64,000 nt of DNA from Trypanosoma brucei (Eukaryota). Both the position numbers and the translations under genes were made by a program. The stretch lies in contig CM000208.1 of NCBI GenBank assembly GCA_000002445.1, positions 2,752,001 through 2,816,000 of the forward strand, read 5' to 3'. Every line of letters starts with the position of its first letter. The first letter of the stretch is position 1. Positions 1 through 10,229 of the stretch are shown piece by piece. The notes under the pieces were generated by a model that had not been told where the DNA came from, did no database searches, and saw nothing but the letters and a program-made list of their open reading frames with translations.

Positions 1-3000
1 AACCTCGCGGTGCCTTGACGGTTAACTCGCGCAGTGGGCTAAAGTTCGTGTTTGAGAATAAAGAAGAGCTGCAGCGAGTCCTTACACAGGCTTGGGACTG
101 CAACCAAAACTTTGACAGAACATACTCCCGCGCTCTCAGTGAGGACGAGTTTTCTCAGGCGGTCAGGCGCTTAGTGCCCGCTGCGGGGGATGACGAGATT
201 ATGGACCTGATGAAGAGGGTAGACTACGAGGCGAAGGGAACTATCAGTTGGGATGATTTTGCTACTTTTCTGGTTTCTCAAGGGAGACACCACTCCAACC
301 TTTCCCAGGGGACATTTGGTGAGTTTAGCAACGTGCCTGATCCGGAATCTTGTTTCCCGTCTCAGCAGCACGTGAATGGTACGTGCATGGAGGCAGATGG
401 GCAGCGTAATATCTTACTTACAGGTGGATCGGAGGGGACCGTGCGCGCATGGAACCTTAATACACTCGCTAGCTGTGGTGTTGTCTTCAGTGGGGACTGT
501 TGGGTTGTCGGCGTTCATTGGGCAAATCATATTCAGGGCATTATAATTGTAACGATGGATCGGCGGGTGATGATTCTGGACTCCAAAACCCTGGAGGTCC
601 GGCGCCTGTTTCGTGGTCGCCCGGTTGTAGACACATTCGAGGGTTATATGTATGCACACGACAGTGTGGAGACGGTCCGAGTTGGGGCATCGGTGGGGTC
701 AAAGTCGGGGAAGTTAGGTAACCGCAACGGTGGCCTACCTGGGCGTCCATCGCAGAGGAAGAAAGATGTTGATGGCAGCGGGAAGCCAAAACCAGCGCCA
801 GGGACAGGCAACATGTTTGGGGGTACCGCTAAAGGTTCTTGTGTGCAGTGCCACGTCGAGGAGTGCACCTTTGCTGGTTTAGTGGATGCTGTGACTTGTT
901 CTCTTTACCACCGCACGGCGTCAAACGAGGATATGCTGCTTTTGGCCACGGCAGGAGGGGAGGTGCGATTCTACTCAATTCCACGGACAACAAAGCGGGT
1001 TGTCACACCTCATGTTGTCCTCTTGTTACACGAGAAGCGGATTAACAAGATGAGCATCTTTTACAACTCCAATGCATTACTAACTGCTTCCGATGATGGT
1101 TATGTCAAAATGACTTCATTTGACACGGGCGGGATGCTGCGGACGTTTCCCACCTCTGGCCCGTCACCACACGCGGCGGTACACGACTTCGACATCAATC
1201 CAAATCTGAGAATGCTTGTTACAGTGGGACCAGAACGCCACGGCATTGTCTGGGATCTCTCCCTCGACGTACCGATGGCCACACTTGATTCCCACAACGG
1301 CCCATGTCGATGCTGTGCGATGCAACTTGATCAGAGACAAATTGTGACGGTTGGGGCTGATGGGGTCATATTTATTTTTGAAGCACAAGGTTTTCGCCTA
1401 ATACAAATCATTGGAGTTGACCGCCTTCATCCCCAGCGTGTAGTCTCCGACCCACTGAGAAAGCGTATCATATGCCTTGCTGCGTTTCCCTATTCTCACG
1501 GTCGGAACCGAAACATGGCTTTGGCTTACTCCTCTAAATATAAGGGTCACATGGCTCCAATGGTGGGAGTTATGTATAGTGCCATCCATGATTTGATAAT
1601 TACCGTCGACTCAGAGGGTTTGGTCATGACTTGGAAGCGAGCTACTGGTGGCTCCTCATTCACCTTTCAGATCAAAGAGTTCTCGGACTCTGCTGTTATG
1701 AATGCGGCCAGGCTCACATGTTTTGCCCTCGACAAACTTGAGCGTCGGCTTCTAACGGGGTTTAATAATGGGGCCGCAGCAGTATGGAATTTAATGAACG
1801 GGCAGACAACAAACGTTATCACGGCTGCTGCGGAGGGCACCCAGCCTAGCACCGTTGCTCCTGGCGTGACTGCGCTTGGTACACTTATGCGTGAAGGTCT
1901 TACCTTTTTTATCTTTGCTGCGGGAGGGTGTCTTTATTCTACAAGGGAGTCCAGCACATTTACTATTGCAAGCGCGTCGAAATGGGAGGTTCCAGCGCAT
2001 TTCGGAGAAGTTCTTCATATAATGGCCGTATCGCCGCACTGCATTGTTTGCGGTACCTCTTACGGTGCGCTGTTTTTCTATCGCGTTTTGGCTGAGCGGC
2101 AGGAAGGCTCTGTTTTGTGGGTGATGGAAACTGTCGACATGTTGGCACGCTCGACTTGTAATGTTTCTGAAGCACGGCGTGGCGAACAACCTAGCACCGC
2201 CACCACTTCGCGCATCGTTAAGATATTTCCTCTGCGTACTGTCGGTGAACATATCCTAATGTCTGTTCACGCAGACGGCACTGTAGCTCTGTGGCACACA
2301 CTGCGGCGTACAATGATGGGGGTTGTAAGCTTGCGATCTGCTTTTCCCGTAAAGGGCCTTGAAGTGGGTCTGACGCACGCAGCAGCGGACACCGGTGGAC
2401 AGTACTTCGTGTTTTCAGATGAGCAGGGTAACATTCATGTGTGCAGTATTCTGCTGCGCGAGACACGCGACGATGCCTCCATGTTTGAGACGTGTGTCAC
2501 TTTGGTGCACGATGATGATAAGAAACCTACTGTCAGTTGGCCGGGATCCCCTTTTTGTACTGACGGAGTTCCACCTGTTTTCGGGCCAATGGACGGCGTA
2601 ACATGTGGGGGGGATGATGCTGCGAACTCCTCTGGGGAGGTAAAGCAGCAAACTGGGTCTTTGCGACCAAGATCACTGGACACAGAGAAGACCCTCTATA
2701 CGTTTAGCCGATTCCGCCGTGAATACGTGTTTCATTGTGGGTTTAATGCGGTGACTGGTCTTGCCCTGGTGGATGACCCCAAGGAGATCACTGTGCGGAC
2801 ATATGGGCAGGAACCAGAGGAGGCTGCAGGGCAGGACGTTGGAGAGGAGGATTGTTCTGATATCGGTGGGTTGCATCTTGGAGCCTCAACCAGCTCTCTT
2901 TGTGACGTTGACAGCACGCAGAATTTGCTTTTACCCTCTGTAGATCTCTCGTCCACAATGATGATCACAGTGTCTTCCGGAGTAGATAACCTCACCAGGG

Positions 3001-4355
3001 TGTTCATGTTAGATGGTTTAATAGTTGGTGAGTGTGGGATGAACACGTGGGTCGCGGGGAAGGAGTCAACGTACCAGTTTCTTAGTGTCAAACCGTCTAG
3101 GAGGCTACCTCCTCACTCCTGCAGTGCCGATCCTATAAATTTTCTGGCAGAAGCCTTGTCGTCGGATAAGGCTGGCGCCTCAAAGCAGATGCGCAGCAAC
3201 TGGAATTCAAGGGGAGGCGTTCCCCGGTCCGACTGCCAAACTGGACAAGACAATGCTGCATCGGTTATATGTGAGGCTGGGTTGCCTACCTTTCAGAATA
3301 TTGGTGTAGCATTGGTAGATAGTGCTGGTGGTGAGCGCACCCCGATGGTCCAATTAAGCAGTGATCCTGTCGAACGGGAGCCATCGGTAAAACCGCAGCA
3401 ACAAAGCTGTCAGATACAGGGAGAAGAACCAGGCTCTGATAAAGTGCAGGGGGCTGCATCACCAAGGGCGCTTTCCACTTTTATGAGGCCGCAACGATCC
3501 CGTGAAGCGATGCTCAAGGGTCTGGTGAAACCCAAATTTATTAATGCCTTACGCGGAATACCAGTGGAGGAAGGAGGGGAGGAGTTGGCGTCCTTCATTA
3601 TTAGCCCGGTGTCAAGAAGCGGTGGGAAGAAGCAGCACCGAGCTGACCAGGCGAGTGAGCACTCACACACCCTTTATTCAAGAAATGGAAGCGCCATTAA
3701 CCAAACGCCTGCTTCAGTGCGCCACGCAACAGAGTTAAGTGTCTCAGAAGTGCAGCAAAGCGGGGCGCAGGATGGTCGGCCAGTGCCTTCGCAACCCGCC
3801 CTTGCGGCTGGGCTCCCCACTCCGCACCAGGCAAGCCGCCAGCTGAGAACTCACTCGTGGGCAGTCCAGGGACGAAGGTGTCCTACAACTTCGCACGACG
3901 TAGACACGACACCTGCACTCACTAAGACACACGCGGGACCCCACCAATCGTCTGGTGGTGGAGTTAATAACGTCTCGTTGGAGGGGGACACATCACCCCG
4001 TGGGGCTCTGCACGAGCATATCGATTCGCGGCGTCGGCATTTGCTTTCGCTTGGGTGTAAGGACCCTGTGGTCCTTGCAGTGCCTTGTACTACAAACACC
4101 AACACCAAGGGGGAATCTACAGCGGTGAGTGGATCTGATCGTAAACGTAACACGGCTTCTGGTTCAACTGCTCTGTTACGTCGAATACAGGGTAACTCTA
4201 TTTTAGAGGCGAGGTCTCGTGTTGCGCAGATAACTTCCAGGCTATTGATGGCGCCCGTTGAAGAAATTGTGCCACCAAAGGGAACACGCGTTAAGGAGCA
4301 GACAACCGCATGGAAGAATGTGGTTAAGAACGCAACCAGCGCCTCACAACAATAA
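1..4355 (+). CDS. Large WD40-repeat protein with N-terminal EF-hand-like pair and Ser/Thr/Gln-rich C-terminal tail; 5' partial
   Basis: Reading frame is open from window position 3 (track shows TTG at 15 as M; first in-frame ATG at 201), so the true start is probably upstream of the window. EF-hand-like loops 'DRTYSRALSEDEF' and 'VDYEAKGTISWDDF'. WD-like repeats 'GTVRAWNLNT', 'ASDDGYVKMTSFDTG', 'ADGTVALWH', 'ADGVIFIFE'. Long uninterrupted ORF (about 1446 codons) with coding-like composition; stop TAA at 4353-4355. Confidence 0.8.
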   Translation, partial: PRGALTVNSRSGLKFVFENKEELQRVLTQAWDCNQNFDRTYSRALSEDEFSQAVRRLVPAAGDDEIMDLMKRVDYEAKGTISWDDFATFLVSQGRHHSNLSQGTFGEFSNVPDPESCFPSQQHVNGTCMEADGQRNILLTGGSEGTVRAWNLNTLASCGVVFSGDCWVVGVHWANHIQGIIIVTMDRRVMILDSKTLEVRRLFRGRPVVDTFEGYMYAHDSVETVRVGASVGSKSGKLGNRNGGLPGRPSQRKKDVDGSGKPKPAPGTGNMFGGTAKGSCVQCHVEECTFAGLVDAVTCSLYHRTASNEDMLLLATAGGEVRFYSIPRTTKRVVTPHVVLLLHEKRINKMSIFYNSNALLTASDDGYVKMTSFDTGGMLRTFPTSGPSPHAAVHDFDINPNLRMLVTVGPERHGIVWDLSLDVPMATLDSHNGPCRCCAMQLDQRQIVTVGADGVIFIFEAQGFRLIQIIGVDRLHPQRVVSDPLRKRIICLAAFPYSHGRNRNMALAYSSKYKGHMAPMVGVMYSAIHDLIITVDSEGLVMTWKRATGGSSFTFQIKEFSDSAVMNAARLTCFALDKLERRLLTGFNNGAAAVWNLMNGQTTNVITAAAEGTQPSTVAPGVTALGTLMREGLTFFIFAAGGCLYSTRESSTFTIASASKWEVPAHFGEVLHIMAVSPHCIVCGTSYGALFFYRVLAERQEGSVLWVMETVDMLARSTCNVSEARRGEQPSTATTSRIVKIFPLRTVGEHILMSVHADGTVALWHTLRRTMMGVVSLRSAFPVKGLEVGLTHAAADTGGQYFVFSDEQGNIHVCSILLRETRDDASMFETCVTLVHDDDKKPTVSWPGSPFCTDGVPPVFGPMDGVTCGGDDAANSSGEVKQQTGSLRPRSLDTEKTLYTFSRFRREYVFHCGFNAVTGLALVDDPKEITVRTYGQEPEEAAGQDVGEEDCSDIGGLHLGASTSSLCDVDSTQNLLLPSVDLSSTMMITVSSGVDNLTRVFMLDGLIVGECGMNTWVAGKESTYQFLSVKPSRRLPPHSCSADPINFLAEALSSDKAGASKQMRSNWNSRGGVPRSDCQTGQDNAASVICEAGLPTFQNIGVALVDSAGGERTPMVQLSSDPVEREPSVKPQQQSCQIQGEEPGSDKVQGAASPRALSTFMRPQRSREAMLKGLVKPKFINALRGIPVEEGGEELASFIISPVSRSGGKKQHRADQASEHSHTLYSRNGSAINQTPASVRHATELSVSEVQQSGAQDGRPVPSQPALAAGLPTPHQASRQLRTHSWAVQGRRCPTTSHDVDTTPALTKTHAGPHQSSGGGVNNVSLEGDTSPRGALHEHIDSRRRHLLSLGCKDPVVLAVPCTTNTNTKGESTAVSGSDRKRNTASGSTALLRRIQGNSILEARSRVAQITSRLLMAPVEEIVPPKGTRVKEQTTAWKNVVKNATSASQQ

Positions 4356-4784
4356 CGGGACTGACAGCCAGATATGCTGAGCTAGGTCTTTTCTTTCAGG
4401 TTCCCATCTTTTTTTTGTTTCCTTCCTTTCCTTTCCTTTACGTAGCGTCGTGCTTTTGAGATGTAAAGTGGACTGTGTCAAAATCTTTCCTTTTCCTCCC
4501 CGTTTTCGACTTTTATTTATTGTTTCCATACCACAAGTTAGTCTGACCTTCTTACTCATTTGCGTTGCACTCCTTCTCAGTGCCCCGTGTCGTGATGGAG
4601 TGTGTATTTGTCTGTAGAAGGAAGAATTCTATGTTTTGCTGCCCTTTTGGTGCTGGTGTCTGGCCGCTGCGTGCATTGGATAGCGTGCCTTTCTTGTTTC
4701 CTCTTCCTTCTACTTTTTGCTCCCCTTCTCAGAAGAGTACCAAAGGCATAAATTCACTTGAATTCACGCGCAGTTTTGGATGCA

Positions 4785-4827
4785 CATACACACACACACA
4801 AACACAAACAGACAAACAAACACACAT
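4785..4827. repeat. (CA)n/(CAAA)n microsatellite in intergenic region
   Basis: Direct reading: tgcacatacacacacacacaaacacaaacagacaaacaaacacaca. Confidence 0.9.
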
Positions 4828-5262
4828 GTGATCACTTGGTGACGGGTGTCTTTAGGGGTATGTCTTAGGCACGTTCATATGGATGAGTGATGTCGTGTGG
4901 CGTTCTATTCTGAATTTTACACTAGCGGTGTCCCGAAATTGGGGTAAAAGGTGGTGAGTGATAAGAGGTGAAGGTGCCCATAATAGTTAAATAGAAATTT
5001 GGGAAAGGGGAATGGTACGGGTGAGTGGAGGTTGTGCTTGGAGGAGAGTGGCCCGATGCATCGGAGGTGGCGAACATGTAGGTAAGGGAGCAGTTAGGTG
5101 GTCAGGTTGGTATGGCAAATCCCACACCACTTGGCAGTCGATTCCTTCAGGGACGTGCGATTTATCTCCCCCTTTCCTCAGCCGTGCAGGTAACCGACAT
5201 AAAATAAAGAAACGTTTCCTTTTAGCATATTCTCGCGTCGGTGTCTCAGTACTCGTGCGGGG

Positions 5263-5287
5263 TTTCCATCCCCTTTGCTTGCTCCCA
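5263..5287 (+). promoter_or_regulatory. Polypyrimidine tract plus downstream AG, candidate trans-splice acceptor region for the NAPRT gene
   Basis: tttccatcccctttgcttgctccc followed by AG dinucleotides about 230 nt upstream of ATG 5521. Kinetoplastid mRNA processing uses polyY+AG. The position is inferred, not mapped. Confidence 0.35.
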
Positions 5288-5520
5288 CGAAAATTGTTGA
5301 TTTAAAGTTTTTTCAATTCTGTGTTCAAGTGCCTGATTTTTGCTATAGGAAAGAGGGTAAACGACAGTTCAGCAACTCTCCGACCGCGGTCACCAGGGAA
5401 AAGACAAGTTAACATCAGATAATAATAACGAGCAGCACTCTAGAGAGGAATATATAAGACACACGAGCCACGGGAACAGCAAGGGTTAAAAGAACCCTAC
5501 CTACGTATAGCATTTTCACA

Positions 5521-6807
5521 ATGAAGCCAATTATAAAGTCGATCCTTGATACAGATGCGTACAAGTTACACATGCAGCAGGCTGTCTTTCATTTCTATCC
5601 CACAATTCACGTTGTTTACGAGTTTCAGTGCCGCAGTTCGGAGAACAAATTGGGTGATGCTGCAGATGCTATTCGAGAGCAGGTAGACCTCATGCGGCAC
5701 GTTGCCTTGACAGATGATGAATATGCTTACCTCTCAACCAAACGTTACCTCAAAAAGGATTACCTTGACTGGCTTCGTGAGTACAGGTTCAAGCCAGATC
5801 AAGTCATTATTGATGCTGTTCCGAAGACTCGGTGCAACGGGGAGACGAATATAACGTATCGGGAGCTCGCCATCACAATCAAAGGTCCATGGGTGGAAAC
5901 TATATTATGGGAAGTGCCGTTACTAGCGATTGTGTGTGAAGTAGTGCATAGCAAGCGGACGCAACATATTGGGGCTGCCGAGGCAGTTGAACACCTCAAT
6001 GCGAAGTTGGATAAACTTTTTGCTACATACGTGAATGGTGAACTAGACATGTTTCGGGTCACGGATTTTGGGACACGACGGCGCTACAGCTTCGATGTGC
6101 AGGAAGCCATTGTCAGGACGTTGCAGTCGCATCCATCATTTGGACGGAACTTTTCTGGCACGAGCAATTACCATTTGGCGATGAAGCTGGGTCTACCGGC
6201 GGTAGGGACGCAGGCACACGAGTGGTTTCAGGCCCATCAGCAGCTTTCCCCAGTTCTACGGGATTTCCAGCGCGTGGCTCTTAAGCAGTGGTTGCTAGAG
6301 TACCCTCAAGATCTTCACATCGCACTCACCGACTGTATTTCAATGGACGGTTTTCTGGGTGACTTTGATGCTGACCTCGCACAAGCGTACGTCGGCTTGC
6401 GGCACGATTCGGGTAATCCATATGTTTGGGGTCGCAAGGCCATTGAGCATTATAAGCGATTCAATATTGATCCGAAGTTGAAGACGCTTGTCTTTTCCGA
6501 TTCTCTTGACCTTGAGAGGGCCGCAAAACTGCATTGTACCTTTGCGCAGGAGTCAAATGTCATGTGTGGTATCGGAACCCAACTCACGTGCTCCATCCCC
6601 GGTGTGCAACCGCTGAGCATTGTGATTAAGATGACAGAATGCGATGGGAAGCCTGTTGCAAAGATATCTGATGAACCAGAGAAAACTACATTTAGGGATT
6701 TGGACTATGTTCAATTGTTAGGGCGAACATTCAATGTGGAATTGCAGGATATGATTGATGCGGGTTGTGGTAGGAGCGCTGTTCACCACCCAACACAGGT
6801 ACAATGA
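5521..6807 (+). CDS. pncB: Nicotinate phosphoribosyltransferase, bacterial PncB-type (NAD salvage, Preiss-Handler pathway)
   Basis: 428 aa. Near-colinear matches to enterobacterial PncB as I remember it: 'ILDTDAYKLHMQQAVFH', 'EYRFKPDQV', 'GPWVETILWEVPLLA', 'TDFGTRRRYS', 'GTSNYHLAMKLGL', 'GTQAHEWFQAHQQLSP', 'IALTDCISMDGFL', 'GLRHDSGNPYVWG', 'KTLVFSDSLDL', 'PLSIVIKMTECDGKPVAKISDEP'. ATG at 5521, stop TGA. Confidence 0.93.
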   Translation: MKPIIKSILDTDAYKLHMQQAVFHFYPTIHVVYEFQCRSSENKLGDAADAIREQVDLMRHVALTDDEYAYLSTKRYLKKDYLDWLREYRFKPDQVIIDAVPKTRCNGETNITYRELAITIKGPWVETILWEVPLLAIVCEVVHSKRTQHIGAAEAVEHLNAKLDKLFATYVNGELDMFRVTDFGTRRRYSFDVQEAIVRTLQSHPSFGRNFSGTSNYHLAMKLGLPAVGTQAHEWFQAHQQLSPVLRDFQRVALKQWLLEYPQDLHIALTDCISMDGFLGDFDADLAQAYVGLRHDSGNPYVWGRKAIEHYKRFNIDPKLKTLVFSDSLDLERAAKLHCTFAQESNVMCGIGTQLTCSIPGVQPLSIVIKMTECDGKPVAKISDEPEKTTFRDLDYVQLLGRTFNVELQDMIDAGCGRSAVHHPTQVQ

Positions 6808-8429
6808 CAAAATTGGAAGGTTGAGCAAGTGCTCATGAATTCAAGAGAATAAGGAAGAGTCGCCGATGGTTTCTCCATATATTCCTTTTTTGTCTTTGGC
6901 TCTCTCGCCTAATTTGTTTGCTAATTTTAAAAATTTATCTTGTCTTGTTGGTATACGTTTTTTCATTTCATTTCATCTCTCAGTTTTTTTTTTTCGCTTA
7001 GGCACTTCACACGTATTTTTAAGGTATGGTTTTCACTTTGTTTTGCGTGTGCGTGTGTTTTGTGCTCGGATACTGGTGTTTACATGTAGCGCTGTGTGTT
7101 GAAACAGGGTATGTGTGTGGGGAAAACGCTGATTTTACATTGCTTCTCTCATTTGATGTTGTGCCGCTTGCTGCTGTTCGGCTTGAATCTGTTAATGCCT
7201 GTCCCTGCATCCCTGCGCTCCTCTTATCCGCATTGTACGCTCAATGGGAGCTTCACAGAGAGAAACATTAGGAGGAATGTTGTGGGATTGAAGGAAAGTG
7301 CTTCTTTTTCATTCTCTAACCATTATTTTCATCTTCAAGTGCCCTCGTGTGTCACTAGCATGAGGGACAAAGCACAATATGACGTGCCGAATGGCGGGGC
7401 GTATCGCTGAGAAGTTGTTGTCACGGCAATAATATGATGTGGATACGGTGCAGCACAGTAGTTGAGGGCATTGATAGAGTTGGGTGGATTATTTTCTTTT
7501 TCATTTTGCTTTCCCAGACACTGAAATGGGAGTCGGTGCGTGGCGCCAACACTACCCTCACTTGCGCCTCGTGAAGGTCTATCGTGTGACATATGGTGCT
7601 GCAAAGCTGTTCGGTCATTTATCCCTCTTCGCTCGGAAATTACCTTTCTTCCGCTGCTGTTCTGTGATCTTGGTAGCTCGTAAACACTTCAAAGTGCAAA
7701 ATTCCTAATCCTTATGGCCATGCAACTGCTCACTTTTTTTTTCTTCTTGATCGACGTCGGGCCGAAGCTTCTGCTATCCCTTCTAGAAGCGCGTGTATAC
7801 TTCTATATATTCTAACTATCGAGTAAAGGGTAATAATACTGCTGTCTGCACCACGACCTAATGAAAGCTTATGGAGAAAACCGAGACATGTAGAGGGGTC
7901 CTCAGTCGGTTGCCGCGCTTCCCCCTTCCGCTATTGTGGATACCCTCCTAAACAATCTTTCGTGTGCAACAATTCCCACACTTTTATTTTCTTTTTAAAT
8001 CAATGTTTATCAGCTCGGTGGCAACGTAGCGATAAGCTCGTGAGCGCAAATTGCCGTGCCTGCGCTCAGGCGTTAAGCATTTGTTATTTAATAGCGGTTC
8101 TAATAATATTTTTTGTTTCGTCTTTTTTGGTTTGCTGGGATGTGGCGCCGTGCATTCGTTTAGGACTCTACGCGCCCGCCCTTTGGGGAATCCGCGACAC
8201 GCAGTATATGTGAGGGAAATTTGATATTCGCTATCCCGTTGCATTCATTCTAGAATAGTGACGAGGGAAAGAGGTTAGGGGGAACAGTTGGGCGGTTTGC
8301 TTGGTTCTATCGAATAACTGCCACTTTTCTCCTCCCATCTTTTAGTTGACGTACTTTTCTTCGATTTCCTTCACCATTTTTCAGTGTTCCCTTCCTCTTC
8401 GCTCTCTCCTTTTATTATGAAATAGAGTG

Positions 8430-10229
8430 ATGGAGTATTCGTCAGATGCAGTGTTGAATGGATATGCTTTACTAGTTTGGTGTGCTCCATCTGTTAAAGA
8501 GGAGGGGGATACTTTTTTGCGTGCTTTCTTCTTGCGGCGCTTTCAAGGGACAGTGGCCGCTTCACCCGCCAGTATTGTTTTCGCAACGCCCAATGGTTCA
8601 CATAAAACCACCTTTTGGGGTGCCGATGGCGAAGGGGGTGCGGAGCCCCCCGACCGTGGAAGCGAGGCGTTGGTATTTTTCCGCGAGCGAGAGGGGGTTA
8701 AAATTGTTTTGTCAGGCATCGTTCAGCGCATACTGCATGAGAAGGAGCCACACAGCGGGGTAGAGCTGCTGCGTGGGTATGTGTTCTTGGGTACTGATCG
8801 TTTGTTAGTTGAAGGTGTTTTTCACCCGACGAGTTGCGCTGTGGGTGCGGGGGGAACAGAAGTCAGTGGGAGAGCCAATACGTCAGGTAGTGATGACAGC
8901 TTGTGGAGACGGCGAGTGTGCACCGACTCATGCTCACAATCATTAATGGGTTGGGGTCAACCGCGGGCTGAAGTTGTCGGAATGGGACGGGACGAGACTG
9001 TTGATTATAATCGCGTTACTGATTCTTACCTGGGAGGTGGAGGAGACTTTGCCGCCACTCCTTCCCAGGGTTGTGATAATAAGAATCATAGTGACCCCCA
9101 GTGCAATTCTTACCATGGGAAATCGAGAGAACACAATCGTGGGGGACGTATTGTTTTGCGCGTGACATTTGTGTGCTTGCTCGGCCGCTGCAAGGGTCTG
9201 CACGAGGGCGGGCACGGTGGTTGCCACTCAACTGGTGTCTCCACCCACGTTGTTTTTAAACTTCTGCGTGGTACTTGCTTCCCGCGGGGCATTATTATGT
9301 TTCCTCCGAGATTACTTGGTTGTACCGATGGGGTTATGGGCGGGGATGGGGCCTGGGGGGTTGATGCCGTCGTGGAAGTGGAGGATGCGGAGGCTGCAAA
9401 TTCCGTTGTTGATTCTTTCGACGGTTCCTTACTCGAGCTCGTAAAACCAGGCCCAAACTCAGACGAAGTGGAGTTTAGGTTTCGTTTGTTTGTGCGCGAG
9501 GACCGGCCTGGGGTGGAGCAGAAGCTTTCAATTCCATTCAACACTGAGTCAGAGTTAAGCATAACTCCAAGTAACTTGCTTCAGATGGGTGGGTCGTTTC
9601 GTTGTGAAAAGTATTCCGTCGAGCCAGCTGATACGGCAGCCAACGGGAGGTGGAACGCTGCTGTGGTACGTGCAAATGGCATAGCCGATAATCTTGTAGG
9701 GTTGGGGAGTATACAACATTTTTCAAGGGACCTAGCCCCTGGTCACCAGGGGATGAATTATGGGCACGACGCAGGCCTTAGCCGATCCCCTGAGCGGGGC
9801 TACGATAGCGTGCAGCGAAGCCGAAATCGCAGTCGAGGGCGGAGTCGGAGCCGGAGCCGAAGTCGAAGCCGCAGACGTGCTCGAAGGCGGGACCGGAGCC
9901 GCAGCCAACACCGAAGCCGAGTTCGCAGCCGCAGCCGCAGCCGCAGCGGGCGACGGGGGCGCCGGCGAGCTCACGGTCGAAGTCGAAGTCGAAATCGCAG
10001 TCGAGGGCGGAGCCGAATCCGAACTCGTGGCCGTAAGCGAAGTCGTAGCTCTAGCCGTGGCTCTTGGTACAGCTACAGCTCTGCCTCCAACTCTGATCGC
10101 AGCCGTAGTCGCAGTCCTAGTTTGAGTCGCAGTCGAACACGGAGTAGTGGAAAAGCTCGTAGGAGCGAGAATGTTGGTGACGATGAAATAAGTAAGAAAT
10201 GTGCTCTTACCCATCACCGTTATCAATAG
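8430..10229 (+). CDS. Arginine/serine-rich (RS-domain) protein, SR-related; N-terminal region of unknown fold
   Basis: Track ORF starts at GTG 8427; first ATG at 8430. The C-terminal roughly 140 aa are almost pure RS/RSRS/RRR dipeptide repeats ('RSRNRSRGRSRSRSRSRSRRRARRRDRSRSQHRSRVRSRSRSRSG...SRSRSPSLSRSRTRSS'). No RRM RNP1/RNP2 motif recognised in the N-terminal 450 aa. Confidence 0.65.
   Translation: MEYSSDAVLNGYALLVWCAPSVKEEGDTFLRAFFLRRFQGTVAASPASIVFATPNGSHKTTFWGADGEGGAEPPDRGSEALVFFREREGVKIVLSGIVQRILHEKEPHSGVELLRGYVFLGTDRLLVEGVFHPTSCAVGAGGTEVSGRANTSGSDDSLWRRRVCTDSCSQSLMGWGQPRAEVVGMGRDETVDYNRVTDSYLGGGGDFAATPSQGCDNKNHSDPQCNSYHGKSREHNRGGRIVLRVTFVCLLGRCKGLHEGGHGGCHSTGVSTHVVFKLLRGTCFPRGIIMFPPRLLGCTDGVMGGDGAWGVDAVVEVEDAEAANSVVDSFDGSLLELVKPGPNSDEVEFRFRLFVREDRPGVEQKLSIPFNTESELSITPSNLLQMGGSFRCEKYSVEPADTAANGRWNAAVVRANGIADNLVGLGSIQHFSRDLAPGHQGMNYGHDAGLSRSPERGYDSVQRSRNRSRGRSRSRSRSRSRRRARRRDRSRSQHRSRVRSRSRSRSGRRGRRRAHGRSRSRNRSRGRSRIRTRGRKRSRSSSRGSWYSYSSASNSDRSRSRSPSLSRSRTRSSGKARRSENVGDDEISKKCALTHHRYQ
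9790..10140. repeat. Coding hexanucleotide repeat (AGYCGN)n encoding the RS tract
   Basis: cgaagccgaaatcgcagtcgagggcggagtcggagccggagccgaagtcgaagccgcagacg... periodic 6-nt units. The other frame encodes poly-Ala/Glu, and the minus strand gives a Thr/Ala/Ser-rich artefactual ORF (9732..10250). Confidence 0.85.

Noticed and set aside
1791-2252. 153-aa minus-strand ORF inside the WD40 gene, plus similar antisense ORFs 14659..15333, 41496..42113, 43128..43709 and 58985..59428
   Set aside because: All lie wholly inside long sense-strand CDSs and have Arg/Ser/Cys/His-rich, non-protein-like composition. Antisense ORFs of this size are expected by chance in GC-balanced coding DNA.
5012-5305. 97-aa + strand ORF in the G-rich island upstream of NAPRT
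   Set aside because: Gly/Trp/Arg-rich translation of a G+T-skewed sequence with no start-site context or recognisable features. It is more likely non-coding.
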